Assembly: GCF_964188315.1 (NCBI RefSeq)
Contig: NC_135662.1
Location: 17,484,001-17,548,000 of the forward strand
Reading direction: 5' to 3'
Origin: Podarcis muralis
Taxonomy: Eukaryota
Length of the DNA: 64,000 bases
Under the pieces are notes generated by a model. The model searched no databases, was not told the DNA's origin, and was given only the letters and a program-made list of their open reading frames with translations. Below are positions 13,166 through 26,351 of this stretch, in pieces (position 1 is the stretch's first letter; the number at the start of each line of letters is the position of its first letter). The translations under genes were made by a program, and so were the position numbers.

Positions 13166-14483
13166 TATAATGTTGGGAAGAACTGAACCAGCAAGATGCA
13201 AAAATCTGTTTTTATAGATACCATCTCTCCCCCTGGTGTTGATGGACTTTGGTAGATGGTGATGATTAGGAGGAGGATTGCCTCTAAAATTGCCTGGTGC
13301 TGTTCTATTAAACAACAACAACATAAGCCCCGCCTGCAGACTTAGTCTAAAGATGGTTGTTTGTTTTATATTTGATAAGTATAAGTATTAAACTTTTAAC
13401 ATAAGCCAAAAAGACAACTTCCCCGAATGTTCTTACATATTTTCCGGTATTTTTGCTTTTAGATACAAACATCTGTCAATAAAAATGTAAGATTGCTGTA
13501 AATTAGGTGAACCTAATTAATTATCCAATAAGAAACTGCCACGCATGGAGTGGAGAGACAGCCTGCCATTCAGTGCTGATTAAATCTCCCCTCATTTAGT
13601 GTGGCAGTGTGGGATCTAGCCCAAGTCCTATTTAAATGAGTGCTCACTATTCCAAAGCTACACTAAAGAAGTATGTGATTAATTTTTTCCTAACTTTGCA
13701 TAAGCTTAATGTAAAAAAAAGAAGAAGTTTGTGATCCTCTAGCAGGTATTTCTCTCCTCTGGAGGGAGAATAATATGAAATTACACCTTGGTTGCTTTGT
13801 TTTAACATGAAGCTGACTCCTACACCCTCTGCCAGATTCAGTAGGCTGAAAATAATTTTGGTTCCAGTTGTTATAATAACATTGCACCATATAAAGCCGT
13901 TTCATCAGATGATCTCAAAGTTCTCTGCAGTCTATTAATTAATTAAAGTTTACTCCCTAGAGTGGTAGGAAAGTATTAATAGGTATGCATTATGTAGAGC
14001 CTCTGAGAACTCAGTTCAGTGGCGGCGGCTGCATTGTTCTTGTCTTGCCCCAGTGAGATTTGGACTTGCATCGCTCCGTATCTATGAAAAATCTCAGGAA
14101 AATTAGGAGAACTTGGCTTGCAGTTAGTTGAAACCATTTGCACCTCTTTAGTCGGTGTGCCTACACTTTAATATCACTATGTGCCTTGTCTTGGACTTAT
14201 GATAGTGAACCCCACCCACTTAGAATTTGCAGTGACATTACTTTGCACCATGAACCGCGCTTGCAGTCCAGCTAGGTTTCTTGCCATTGCTACGCAGCAT
14301 AACGTTTATGTAGCTTTCCAGGTGCGAAGGGCCTCTAGCTAAGGAATTCAGCATGGTGTATGTTGAGGAAGGGAAGGATGACGTAATGCATAGCTAGTGA
14401 CTTGCTACTTCCAACTTGAGATACACATGTTATTTCCATGTATTGTGGCATTGAAACTTTAGGTTTCTATGTAACCTTAGCCA

Positions 14484-14742
14484 CCTTATTTTTCGCTCTA
14501 TAAGACGCACCAGACCACAAGACGCACCTAGTTTTTGGAGGAGGAAAACAAGAAAAAAAATATTCTGAATCTCAGAAGCCAGAACAACAAGAGGGATCGC
14601 GGCGCAGTGAAAGCAGCAATCCCTCTTGCTGTTCTGGCTTCTGTGATAGCTGCGCAGCCTGCATTCGCTCCATAAGATGCACACACATTTCCCCTTACTT
14701 TTTAGGAGGGAAAAAGTGAGTCTTATAGAGCAAAAAATACGG
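14484..14742. mobile_element. Tc2/pogo-type MITE with an internal 25-bp-arm hairpin
   Basis: TIR ccttatttttcgctctataagac / gtcttatagagcaaaaaatacgg + ta; shares its arms with 40208. Confidence 0.8.
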
Positions 14743-14941
14743 TAATTTTGGAGGAGCTTGGTAGGTTGCACTAGAGCTGAACTGAATTTTTGTGAGGCTT
14801 TACTTGTTCTTTTCTATTAACATAGCCTCTGATATTGGTTACTGATCTGGAGCTAGATGGTCCTTCATCACTGTGTTCCACTGAGTTTGTAGTATTCTAG
14901 TATTGTGCAACGTAAATAATAGAACTGGGTGGCCAGAAAAT

Positions 14942-15201
14942 GAGAACTAGTGGTGTAGTGGTTAAGAGCGGTAGTCTCGTAATCTGGGGAACCGGGTTTG
15001 CGTCTCCGCTCCTCCACATGCAGCTGCTGGGTGACCTTGGGCCAGTCACACTTCTTTGAAGTCTCTCAGCCTCACTCACCTCACAGAGTGTTTGTTGTGG
15101 GGGAGGAAGGGAAAGGAGATTGTTAGCCGCTTTGAGACTCCTTAAAAGGGAGTGAAAGGCGGGATATCAAATCCAAACTCCTCTTCTTCTTCTTCTTCTT
15201 C
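14942..15201 (+). mobile_element. Squam3-type SINE
   Basis: Head tggtgtagtggttaagagcggtagtctcgtaatctgg, shared core and (CTT)n tail. Confidence 0.85.
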
Positions 15202-15929
15202 AGGTAATGAACCACTTGCCATTGCTTTTGAGCAATTTTCTTCCATGAAATCTAGAACTAATTCCTAGAGCTGTTGGAGTTTTACTGCGCGACGTGCCCA
15301 CTTGCTTTCAAAAATGAGTTTCACATAACTTTGTGAAAGATTATCAGCGTTGTTAGGGGCCGTTGCTTGGGAAATTATACAGCATTTGACTGGACCAGAT
15401 GACAGAACATCACTTGGTGCTACAAGCTTTCCCATTCCATCCTACACATGACTATGCTTCTTTGCTACTAGGCAGACCATAGGAACAATTCCTTCCTTTC
15501 TCCATTGGTCTGAGTGACTCCCAAGACTGTATTCTGACACCTGAGTTGCATTTGGTTTATCTTAGCGTCACACATGGTCAGGTTTGGATATAAAATGGGT
15601 CTGGAGGGTTAATTTTTAACGCATAAAAGGAGCGGGCAGATAATGAGAAAATAACTAGCCCCTAGTCTAACTTACCTTTCCGTGTTCCACTGTTTTAATA
15701 CCAAAGCTGTCTCACTTCCGGTCTTAGAGCTGAGCTCTAGGATTTTGGGGGATTGTTAAAGACGTGGAATGCATTCATTTTAGTGCTTAAAAGTCTTTTA
15801 TCTGTTTTGTAGCTGACTTGATAAGCATATGTGTAATAAATATGTATATGCCTGGCTGTATTGTTTAAAAAAGTACTATTAACTCTCCAGAAAGGACTAC
15901 CCTTACTACAAATCTATCCTAGACATCAG

Positions 15930-15930
<1 letters not shown>

Positions 15931-15970
<40 letters not shown>
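15931..15970. repeat. (TG)20 microsatellite
   Basis: Read directly from the sequence. Confidence 0.95.
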
Positions 15971-15973
<3 letters not shown>

Positions 15974-16488
15974 GTAAGTAAGTAAGCTGAAGAGAGTAGC
16001 TTTTCTGATTGTGGTACACTGGGAGATCCCATCAGGGTCTATCATGTCACAGGGTGAGTGGGGCTGATACAGGAGGGATTGGGGTTGGAGTTTGAGAAGC
16101 AAAAGAGAAGTATTGTGATTTTGTGATGTAGTTATTGGAAGGTAGTAGTGATGCTTCAATTTTGAATTAAGCTATGGCACTAAAGTTTCCTGATACTGCC
16201 CTCTTGATGGGCCAAAATTGGTTGCCATACAGCTGGATACCTACAAAATATTGGGATCAGAATTTGCGAGAATGTCTATGCAAGAAGGAGTGCATATGGA
16301 AAAGGACAAAGCATGCTGAATGCTGTGTATTTTTCTAAACTGAGAACTGTTTGCCGCAGCCACCATTTGCTGTAGTAGATCTAATGCTGCATAGAAAGCA
16401 GACATAATCATGTTTTTAAGTAAGGAAAAACCCCAACTGATCGTGAATGCATAATTTAGGAAGGAAATCTTTTTTCTTTCTTTTGCAG

Positions 16489-16625
16489 ATGTGCAGATCA
16501 GCTCTCAAAATGTCTTCTGTGTCTTCCGTGTACCTCCTAAGCCAGTTGCGTTAGCCCTCCTGCTAGCTGACTAATAGAATTAATAACTGTAAAAGCAAAA
16601 AAACAAAAAAGCATTCTAGAGCCAC
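16489..16625 (+). other. TRPS1: 5'UTR portion of the first TRPS1 coding exon
   Basis: Polypyrimidine tract and acceptor tctttttctttcttttgcAG (AG at 16487-16488) lie upstream of the MPYEVNAGYDF start codon. Confidence 0.75.
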
Positions 16626-16662
16626 ATGCCTTATGAAGTCAATGCTGGGTATGATTTTAAAA
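16626..16662 (+). CDS. TRPS1: TRPS1 first coding exon (37 nt, MPYEVNAGYDFK + 1 nt)
   Basis: ATG CCT TAT GAA GTC AAT GCT GGG TAT GAT TTT AAA A|gtatgt. Matches the recalled N-terminal extension MPYEVNAGYDFTN of the long TRPS1 isoform. The last A joins AT at 18300-18301 to give Asn in frame with MVRKKNPP. Too short for the ORF track. Confidence 0.92.
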
Positions 16663-18299
16663 GTATGTAATCTATTTTTTTTTTCCAAGTGGAAATGTTA
16701 ACTGGAAAACTTCTTGGCACGCTATAAAGCATTGTGCAATCTGTTATTTGTCTTACAGATAATAATTGCAGAATGCTTATATGCTTTCTCTGTATTCTCA
16801 CTCTGTCTAACATGACTTGCCAGTAGATAGTTTCTTCCATTTAGAAGTACTGCAAATGGGCTTTTATTTAGATAATATGTCTTTTTGAAAAATGATATTG
16901 ATAGTGTACAAGCCAGAGGAAAAGCATATCTTTCTTTAAGGGTAGAGTATCATAGATACAGTCCAATGAAACTGAAGTTTTTAGGAGAAAAAAATAATAG
17001 GAGGGGGTGGTGGAAGGGTGATGCGCCTAATATTAGCTTCACAAATTCTTCTTCTCATACGAAAATATTGGCAATTATTTTGAGATTTTAGTAAGGGTGG
17101 GGGGAACTTCAAAAAAGCTTTTGTGTATTTTGCCTCACCCAGCCCATGGCCCAGCCATCTGTTTCAGCTCTTCCTAAGCTCCCTTCTTCTCAAATCACAT
17201 TGGGATGATGGTACCCAAGGGGTGTGGCTAGCTTCAGAAATCCAGTATAGATCAGGAGGTATCTTCAGCAAGGCGATATTCAGCCCACCCAGTTATTGAA
17301 CAATGTGGTGGTACTGTGCTTACCATAAAATCCTCTTTCTTTGTAGGGGTTGACTCATTTCCCCCGTTTTGAGACCCTAGGCCGGCCAACGTGGTGCCCT
17401 TCAGATATTGTCAGACTACACTTCCCATCATCCATAACCAATGGCCATGCTGGTTGAGGGTGATGGGAGCTGGAGTCCAGCAACATCTGGAAGGGAGCAC
17501 TACGTTGGCTACGCCTGCTCTAGCCAGTAAAGTTATAACATTTTACAGTACTGTAAAATTATAGCATGGAAGTTACTGATAAGTATAAGATTCTCATTCG
17601 AACATTATGTTTGCTTGATAACTATGAGATTAGACCCAGACCATGCAAAATATGAAAGAGTGCATAGTTTATTGTTTGTTTTAAGAAATTCTGGATCTCT
17701 TATGTGAGCAACACTCATCTCAAAACATAGCTCATATAGCCTATAGTAGCATATATATTTTTCAGTTCTATATCTGTTTTCACAATTAAGGGGCTTTCTT
17801 ATCTTAAAGCAAAGAGTGGCATAGGGTTCAGCAGTAGGAAGGGAGGAGCCAATGCCACCCCCCCAAAAAAAATCTGGTGTGTGTGAGTGCATGCATGTGT
17901 GAGGCTAAATACTGATCTCAGTATGACACATCAATAATTATTTATTCTAATAAGAATTTTTTTAAAAAAGAATTTAGCATGGCATTACTGGGATTCTTTT
18001 ACAGAGATGTCAAGCTACTAACTGATGCACAGAACTGGAGATTACCAGTGATATTTTAAAATTTATTTAAATTACATTTTGAAATGTTGCTATTTCTGTA
18101 AGATTTAAGTCAAAATGAGTGTGCCAGCATTGTAACTGTGCCCAAGTAAGTGTGCCACTGATAGTATCCAGTGTTTTATAAAAGCTTGCGGGTATTTTGT
18201 ATCTGGCAGAAACTGCACCTTTATGTTTAAGGGTGAGGGGTGTCATAAATTGACTGCGTAGTTTAAGCAGTCTAATTGTTTTTCTTTTTCTGCTTTCAG

Positions 18300-19228
18300 A
18301 TATGGTCCGGAAAAAGAACCCCCCTCTAAGAAACGTTGCTAGTGAAGGTGAACCCGAGACTCTCAAGTCGCCGGGTCCTGAAAGTGACACTGTTGAAAGG
18401 CAACGAGAATTTTCTGCCGGTCCGATGCAAGGGAACACTGAGCAGAGTGAGGCTGCGGAGCAAACTGACAAGGAGGGGTTTTGCACGCATGTCCCAGAGT
18501 CATCTCCCAGCACTAAAAAGGACTTTAAAAGCTCCGCAGCAAGCGAAAAGGCTGGCTTTAATTATGAAAGCCACAATAAGGGAGGAAATGTTCCATCCTT
18601 CCCTCATGATGAGGTGACAGACAGAAATATGCAGGGCTTCTCATCTCCAGCTGTTGGGGGAATCTCAGAGTCCTTGAAGTCTCCTCTCAGATCAGATGCA
18701 GATGACACCCAAGATGTGATCTGCACCCCGCCAGGAGATCTGTCGGAGAAAAGCGATGAGCATCGCACATCACCAAAATCTACGGACGAAACAGTGCATG
18801 TGCAAAGTGGTCAAGCCGAGGGCCGGGGTTCGAGCCCGGGTTCGGTGGCCTCAAAAAACCCACAAGTGCCTTCAGATGGGGACGCAAGGCCAAGCAAATT
18901 GAAAGCAGATTTGCTGGCAAACGAGAACCCTGATATGGCGCCTCTGTCTCCAGAGCTTCAGGACTTCAAATGCAACATCTGTGGCTATGGTTACTATGGG
19001 AATGACCCCACAGATCTCATCAAACACTTCCGCAAGTACCACCTCGGGCTGCACAACCGCACCAGGCAGGATGCTGAGCTTGACACTAAAATTTTGGCTC
19101 TCCACAACATGGTGCAGTTCAGCCACTCCAAAGACTTCCAGAAAGTCAATTGTTCTGTGCTGTCAGGGGTCCTGCAGGATATCAATTCCCAAAGGCCTGT
19201 CCTGCTAAACGGGACTTATGATGTGCAG
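18300..19228 (+). CDS. TRPS1: TRPS1 coding exon (929 nt), [17 protein letters not shown]...GTYDVQ, with first C2H2 finger CNIC...HFRKYH
   Basis: ORF 18302-19270 translates to recognisable TRPS1. Acceptor ttttctgctttcAG at 18298-18299 and donor CAG|gtttgt at 19229. Ends in phase 0. Confidence 0.97.
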
Positions 19229-20290
19229 GTTTGTATCTCGTACTTCCATACCTCCCTGTGCGCTTCTTAACAAGAAAAACATGGGGACACAATTTTAAGC
19301 CTGCGTAATGAATCTCATGTGAGCTGCTACAGCCACATCAATGCCACTTAAGTTACTGCTTTTCAAGTTTGGTCTGCATGAATTCATCGTTCATTTCACA
19401 CATTATTCAGAAGCAGACTTAGGTTTAGCACTAAGTGTGTACCTAACAAGAAGCTGCTCAGTGAGTGACTCCATGGTTAAGTTTGGATATAATGCTAAGC
19501 CACAGTTTCACTTTACAAAAGTGAGCTGCTTGACTAATTACTTTACCTCTTCTGGTGTGTACCAGAGGAGGAGATCGGAAGCACCTAGGCCCTGATATAA
19601 AGTAAGTAGAGTTTGTTGTTACTCCCAAAATGAGCTAAACTGTGGTTAGTTTGTAAACAGCCATGATAAAAAAGGCATTTTGATTTGGGCTTGTTTCAAT
19701 AAACTGTAGTCTAAATTAACTACAGTTTGTCCTTATTGGATGAAACAGAAATTAAAAGGGAAAAGACCTTTAGGTGCACAGAAAAGGGTTTATTAGGCCC
19801 AGCATACAAATTCTTCTTTGGGGCACTCCTAATAGTTATTTATCTGATTTGTAAAATGCTGTTTAAGCTTGCTGGAGGAAGAGAGCAGAGGAAGAAGCTT
19901 TCGAACCTAAGGCCTTAGCATTCTCATCCCCATAACAGTATACTGCGGTTTAATGTTATGTTCAAGCCAGGTCACATGTTTGCAAAAACTTGCTTGCTGC
20001 ATTAGCACATTAAATTTTTAATTCTCTGCTTAACTGAGTCGGGGATAGTACATTTTAAGTTAGTCAGGACTGAATCCCAGATGAATCAGATCAGATAGTG
20101 ATGACTTTCCATTTGGTTTCAATGGGACTCAGTCATGACTAACTATTCCTGGATTCAGGGCTCATAGTAATGGGTAATGACTGAAGGAATCTTCAAATCA
20201 TGCTTCCCTTAAGGATAGGGCTGCTCATATTATTTGGTGGTGAAAGTATCCAAATTCCTCAAGATAAATTATGTAAACAGATGCAGTGCA

Positions 20291-20433
20291 GAGAATCACA
20301 GAGTTTGGAAGGTATCACAAGGGCTCAGCTAGTCCAATCCCCTGCAATTCAGGAACCTTTTTACCCAATGTAGGGCTGGAACCCATGACCATGAGATTAA
20401 GAGTCTCATGCTCTTATTGGATGAGCTATCCTG
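20291..20433 (-). mobile_element. tRNA-Lys(CTT)-derived SINE with a CR1-type 3' tail, decayed
   Basis: Minus strand reads gatagctc...gagcatgagactcttaatctcatggtcatgggttccagccctacattggg, which resembles tRNA-Lys-CTT. It is followed by ttgcaggggattggactag...ccttccaaactctgtgattctc. Confidence 0.65.
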
Positions 20434-20583
20434 CTTGGTTTGATGGGTCATAGAAAAATATCTAGTCCAGCCTCTCGCTCAATGCACAATCTATTGCGCA
20501 GTATGATGCAGGGCTTCTTACATTGCATTCTGCGTCTGATAGTTGATTTTGATTTTTTTACGGGGCGGGGGGAGAACTTAGAA

Positions 20584-20718
20584 CAGGCATGGGCAAACTC
20601 TGGCCCTCCAGATGTTTGGGACTACAATTCCCACCATCCCTAGCTAATAGGACCAGTGGTCAGGGTTGATGGGAATTGCAGTCCCAAACATCTGGAGGGC
20701 CGGAGTTTGCCTATGCCT
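20584..20718. mobile_element. Hairpin hAT MITE (~135 bp)
   Basis: caggcatgggcaaactc ... gagtttgcctatgcct with internal inverted gggactacaattccca / tgggaattgcagtccc. Confidence 0.75.
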
Positions 20719-20732
20719 AGAAGCCATAAATT

Positions 20733-20845
20733 TGTATCCAATGCTAGTTCTACTCAGAGCAGATCTATTTAAATCAATGAACCTTTGTTAGCCATATCTA
20801 TTAACTTCAATGGGCCTACTCTGAGTAGGACTAGCATTGGATACA
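20733..20845. mobile_element. Palindromic MITE-like element; a related decayed copy lies near 50060-50150
   Basis: Long inverted arms tgtatccaatgctagttctactcagag / ctctgagtaggactagcattggataca. Confidence 0.65.
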
Positions 20846-23377
20846 GTCCGGAATCAAGAGGGTGGTATGATAGGGCTCCTTAGCCCTTCTTCCAACCATG
20901 GAATGGGGAAAATGTGGCTCTCCATATGTCTCTGGACTACGACTCTGGACTAGCACTATGATGGGGCCCCAGACGATTTGTGGGATAGCAACAGTTGTCA
21001 GGTCAACCTCTTGCCTGGTATAAATGGGCCTTTTGTGGTATGGACTTGATGGGGTCATGATTGTACCCTTATGTGGCACCCTAATGGTTGCTGGCCCAAC
21101 TCTTGTCTTTCTTGCATAGATATAATAATCTGTGTGGTAGGATGGGTATGGGGAGGCTTAGGGATGCTTAAATGGCAGACAGCCAAATGTGCCATGGCTT
21201 TATCGGCAAGGGAATGGGATGTGCCTTCAGCAGTTTCGGCATGTGAGTCTCGCTTCGTGCCATGTGATTCTAAAAATGGGAAACATGCAGGTTTGGTAGA
21301 TCATATCTTGGGGGAAATACAGTCCTATGGGAAATAACTCTCTTGAAATAATGTAGCAGAAAATTAGTATCTGGATTATTTTAAATGAACAATCTGATCT
21401 CTGCTGGTTGCTGGAAGCCATGGCTTTTCTTATTGATTTTTGATGGAGCAAGGAACATTAAGTCTTGAGGACAAGGAGTGTAACTGATCTGGTGCCAGGC
21501 CTATAAGGCTTACATTTCCGGACAACAGAAAGCCATCTGAGCATTATGAGAGTAATATTCCATAATAAATCCTAGCACACTTCATCATCATAGTAGTATG
21601 CATGGAGAAGCAGGCCTGTATTTTTTCTTAGGCACTGTGTCTATTCTTTTCAGTTTTGCTTCTGCATACTCTGCAGGGTATGTTATGGGTGGAGGTGGGT
21701 GGTGCATAATTCCGTAAGTTATGTACTCTGCAACTTTATACTAATTTGCCTAAATTCCCAGCTGAATTCCTCTCATCTCCAGACACTGTGCCTGGCTGGA
21801 GTCTCCACATGTCACAATGAGGTTTTTAATTTTCATTGCGCTGGCTTTGCCTTAGAATTCTGTTATCATTCACAACCACCTTGTTATGTAGGCTAATAAT
21901 AAATATTATTTTGCCATCATGGTACAGTGTGTGGCTTTCTGCTCTTCCACCATGTACCCTTTAATGCTTTTTAAAAAGGGTTTTGTTTTTGTTTAAATGG
22001 CATTCCCTCTCCAGTAAGCAGGACAAAAGAGAGCACGTATCGCTAACCACAAATGAAGCAGTCCAATTAAGTGCAGTCAGGCCAGTTGGAAACAATAATA
22101 CAAATTTACTAATTTATTAGTGACAAAATTAAATGATCTTCTACCTGGTACTTTATCTAGAGATAGTTTTATTATAAATAATGAGCACTATTTTTTCTCA
22201 GTTAGACTCAATCACGCCACATCCTCCCCAACTACTTTACTTTTTTGGGTCTGGATGTTTGCTGTCTAAATGGCATAATTTGGTTAAAGAGAAACCTCAC
22301 CAATAGTGATATAATTAAAGTCACATATTTCACAGACATTTCACTAAAAACATCAAAGTAATATAGAAAACTTGAATTTTTGCTTGCTGGAAACTTCAGG
22401 TTAATTCTATAAAGCCCGTTGAATTAATCTATTGCGTCTTTTGACAGTTTCAGTTCTGTAGAAAAAGGCTGGCTCTGTTTGTAGCTTGTTAAAACTGCAA
22501 TGTGACACACATTTGGTTTATTTCAGCACCTGATGACAGGGCTGTAGGGAGATTCTGTGAACCCTTTCACAAGAATTTATCCTGTAAAGGTTTCTTATGA
22601 AATGACTGTCTGGAATATCTGCTGGGTTGCAAAAACTGCTAGTACTCTTGCAAGTAACGTGCAAAACAAATAATAAGCTAAACCTATGGCTTGTAAATAA
22701 TATTGGCATGATGTGTTAAACAAGACACAGCAGTTTTTAATTACAGTGATAGTTCCTGGGAATGCCAATATTTAATGATGGATCCAGCAGTAAAGATGGT
22801 AGGAACGTATGATTAAGGGGCACAGAAACATTAACCTCCGAGCAGGCATAATGGTGTGAACATTAACTGGGAGATGTGGGCAATCCAGAAACTGATTCTG
22901 TGTTTCTTTAGAACGTAGTATTTAACTAACTGACTCAGGCTTTCAAAAAGATTGTGATAGTCAATATACAGGAATTTGATTTTTTTTTTTTTTTTTTTTA
23001 GCATTCTCTTACATCTTCCTAACAGTGATATTGTTAGGTTCTTTGTTATTTACGGGCAAGTTTGTTCTTGATTAGATTGGACGGGATGCTTTTTCTGGGC
23101 GGCATTTTCTGAAATAAACCAGATGTGCGTGATATCTCAGATTGAACAAATAGAACTAGAAATAAAACAGATCAATGAAGACCGTACTCGTTTAATAAGG
23201 CTTGGCAACAAAATGCTGTAAGGAAGACAAAAAAGGGGTAGGAAACAGCACACAGATAATCTAGTTAAGATCAGTTCTTTCCTCCAACCAGAAATATAGT
23301 CTAAAATAGACCAGACACTCCTATACGAAGCTAGTAATTATTTGATAGAAACAGTTGGCTCTGGAATCTTCTTTCAT

Positions 23378-23380
<3 letters not shown>

Positions 23381-23428
<48 letters not shown>

Positions 23429-23440
23429 CATATATATATG
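23381..23440. repeat. Compound (TG)16 + (TA)n microsatellite
   Basis: Read directly from the sequence. Confidence 0.93.
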
Positions 23441-23879
23441 CATGCTAACTTTTCCTGGTGAGTTTGGGGGAAAAGAGCATTAAATATTCACTCATTCCAA
23501 ATGTTAGACTTCACCACTTGTGCATACACCAGATGTTGATGCCAAACATGTAAGAAGATAAATAACTGATTAATATTTTCATGCTTCGCAGTAAATACTG
23601 AACAGATTTTATAAACATGCAGTAAAAGGATTGCTGAAATTCCCTCCAGTGCCCACACATTTGTCTTGCGACCTTGCCTATTCTGGAAGTTCTTTCCACC
23701 CCCACTTCAACGCTGTTTCATTTGAAATGGATTGCGATTCAGTAACTCCCAGTCTTGGGGGAGGAATAACTAAAGCTTCAAACTTGAGCATGCTTAACGA
23801 ATGGTAGAACTTAATTACTAGTATATTTAATGCTTCTAATTTATATGTTGCATTTCAAGTGTCACTTACTTCATCTTAA

Positions 23880-24055
23880 TGCTTTTCCCAACAACCTGGA
23901 CAATGTCATTACTTCCATATTGTAGATGGAGGCTGACATCGAAGAGATGGGATTAAATAAGGGTACCTAATTAAATTTTGGTTGTTGTGAGATGTAAATG
24001 ATGGACGTCTGTCTCATAGCTCACACGCTTTAACTAGCACACTACAGAAGCTTCT
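23880..24055 (-). mobile_element. Old MIR-like SINE remnant
   Basis: aacaacct...cattacttccatattgtagatggaggctga...ctttaactagcacactaca resembles the reverse complement of a MIR core and head. Confidence 0.45.
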
Positions 24056-24465
24056 GTGTGTCTAGTAATATATGGATATACTTATTCACTTAAAGTATTC
24101 GTATCCTGCTCTTTAGCCAGAAAAGGCCCCCAGGCTTGCAGTCTAAAAGACATGACACAATAGGAATAGGCATTCGGAAGGGGGGTGGGATGCCACCAAC
24201 AAGGCTGCCCCTAAGTGCTCTCTCCAGCATTGAGGTCTAGAGTGCACATTTGGATAAGGAAGCAAACAGCAGTTAGAATACAAGTAACACAAATCTGATA
24301 GTGAGGTCAGTATATAAGCACTATAGCATGTGCTTATCATGGCAGTGAATTGCATATCCAAACAGCTACCATCAGTGCTTTTCAGAGTGCTTAAAGGACA
24401 AGTGTGTTCTGGTCACAGACAGTAACATCTGAACCACCTGTCACCTGCTCGGACATATTTGCTTA

Positions 24466-24800
24466 GCGGGTGGCGCTGCGGGTTAAACCACAGAGCCCAG
24501 GACCTGCCGTTCAGAAGGTCGGCGGTTCAAATCCCCGCGACGGGGTGAGCTCCCGTTGCTTGGTCCCTGCTCCTGCCAACCTAGCACGTCAAAGTGCAAG
24601 TAGATAAATAGGGACCGCTCTGGCGGGAAGGTAAATGGCGTTTCCGTGCACTGCTCTGGTTCGCCAGAAGTCGCTTAGTCATGCTGGCCACATGACCCGG
24701 AAGCTGTACGCTGGCTCCCTCGGCCAATAAAGCGAGATGAGCGCCGCAACCCCAGAGTCGGTCACGATTGGACCTAATGGTCAGGGGTCCCTTACCTTTA
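24466..24800 (+). mobile_element. Sauria SINE, slightly 5'-truncated
   Basis: gcgggtggcgctg...ggttcaaatcc...ggtcaggggtcccttaccttta; high identity to the other copies. Confidence 0.9.
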
Positions 24801-26028
24801 TGAAGATACAATTGCTTGCCTCCACTTCAGCCTTGGTGGCGCTAGTGGTTATGATTTCAGAGGAGGTCCAAAGAACTGACTGACCCTTTTTGGAAGGATC
24901 AGTTTCAGTTAATGTAGCCTGTAGATGTGGACAAGAAGCTTGAGTGAATATGACCAACTACTTGACCCTTGCTCTTCATGGCTGCTTACAGCTAGCTGGA
25001 GGGATTTGGCGGAGTAGGTCCAGTGGGTAGTTAATGTCTCATTGTAGGGAAGGGTGTGGTCCCCACTACTTTGAAAGAGGAAGTGATGCATCCCCTTCTT
25101 AGGAGGAAATGAATTCCACAGGGCTACATGATCCATAATGAACCAATTGGCTAATCAAGATTTATATGTTCTCCCGGGGTTATGGCAGTCTGGGCTTAAA
25201 TCTGCTCTGAATCATGGGGTAGTATTATGTTGTAGTACTGAAATGATTGTATGGTTGTGTTGATTTTGTGATATTTTATTTGCTGTACTGTTTAAATGCT
25301 TTATTGTTTTAATGAAATGTTTTTACTAACTACAGTGAAACCATTTTGTGGACACTTTGTGATGGAAAGTGGTATATAAATGTTGATTATACATTTTTTT
25401 TTAAAAAAAAACTGCATAAAAACAGTCTTGGCAGTGAAAAAACATTCTACAATGAAGGTCTACCATGTAAAAATCATATTCCCAGTGAGACAAATACTTT
25501 CCAGAACGGGGAAGTTTAGACCAGTCAGTGACAAACTGTGAAGGATGGTGTGCAGTGGAGCTCATGAACTAAGTTAATTCCACAATCTGAGTGTAGCCAC
25601 TGAGAAGGTGGTCTTTTGTCCTGACCGATTGTGCCTCAGCCATGGATGGGACATGGAGATTTGATCGAGATTTATGTGCCCTAGAATTTACCCTGAACTA
25701 TCTGCAGTGCACAGAGGTTCCTTCAAACTATCCTGAAAAAATGTTCCCTTGAAGGTTGAATGTTTTTCTTCATTAGTTTATGAAAAAAAGAACAATTAAC
25801 ATCTGGACTATACTTTCAGTAATGTAATCTATCATCTTCAATTTCTACATTGTTCTGTAAACTTGGACCACAATCCATATACCTTCTAATGGTGTGTGCC
25901 TTGTGGCTTTCATGCTTGATGGCAGCCACTCCTCAAAGTGCACCACACATTGCATTTCGGATGTTGTTGCATTTCAGATTGCAATGTTTGGGGTGGAAAA
26001 AAAGGATTGCTAAAAGTAATAAAAAAGT

Positions 26029-26351
26029 ATAATAATAATTTATTATTTATACCCCGCCCATCTGGCTGGGTTTCCCCAGCCACTCTGTGCGGCTTCCAAC
26101 AAAATATTAAAATACAATAATCTATTAAACTTTAAAAGCTTCTCTAAACAGGACTGCCTTCAGATGTCTTCTAAATGTCAGGTGGTTGTTTATTTCCTTG
26201 ACATCTGATGGGAGGGCGTTCCACAGGGCGGGCGCCACCACCGAGAAGGCCCTCTGCCTGGTTCCCTGTAACTTGGCTTCTCGCAGCGAGGGAACTGCCA
26301 AAAGGCCCTCGGCGCTGGACCTCAGTATCTGGGCAGAACGATGGGGGTGGA
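26029..26351 (-). mobile_element. L2-clade LINE 3' end, relatively young, 5'-truncated
   Basis: (TAA)n tail, then ttattatttataccccgcccatctggctgggtttccccagccactctg...gggagggcgttccacagggcgggcgccaccaccgagaaggccct; CpGs retained. Confidence 0.72.

Noticed and set aside
19229-19270. C-terminal [13 protein letters not shown] of ORF 18302-19270, and likewise the N-terminal 45249-45301 of ORF 45249-46010
   Set aside because: Read-through into intron beyond clear GT/AG splice sites; TRPS1 similarity stops at the junctions.
20350-20433. Functional tRNA-Lys gene
   Set aside because: The D-arm and acceptor stem are mutated and it is fused to a CR1 tail, so it is a SINE-like relic.
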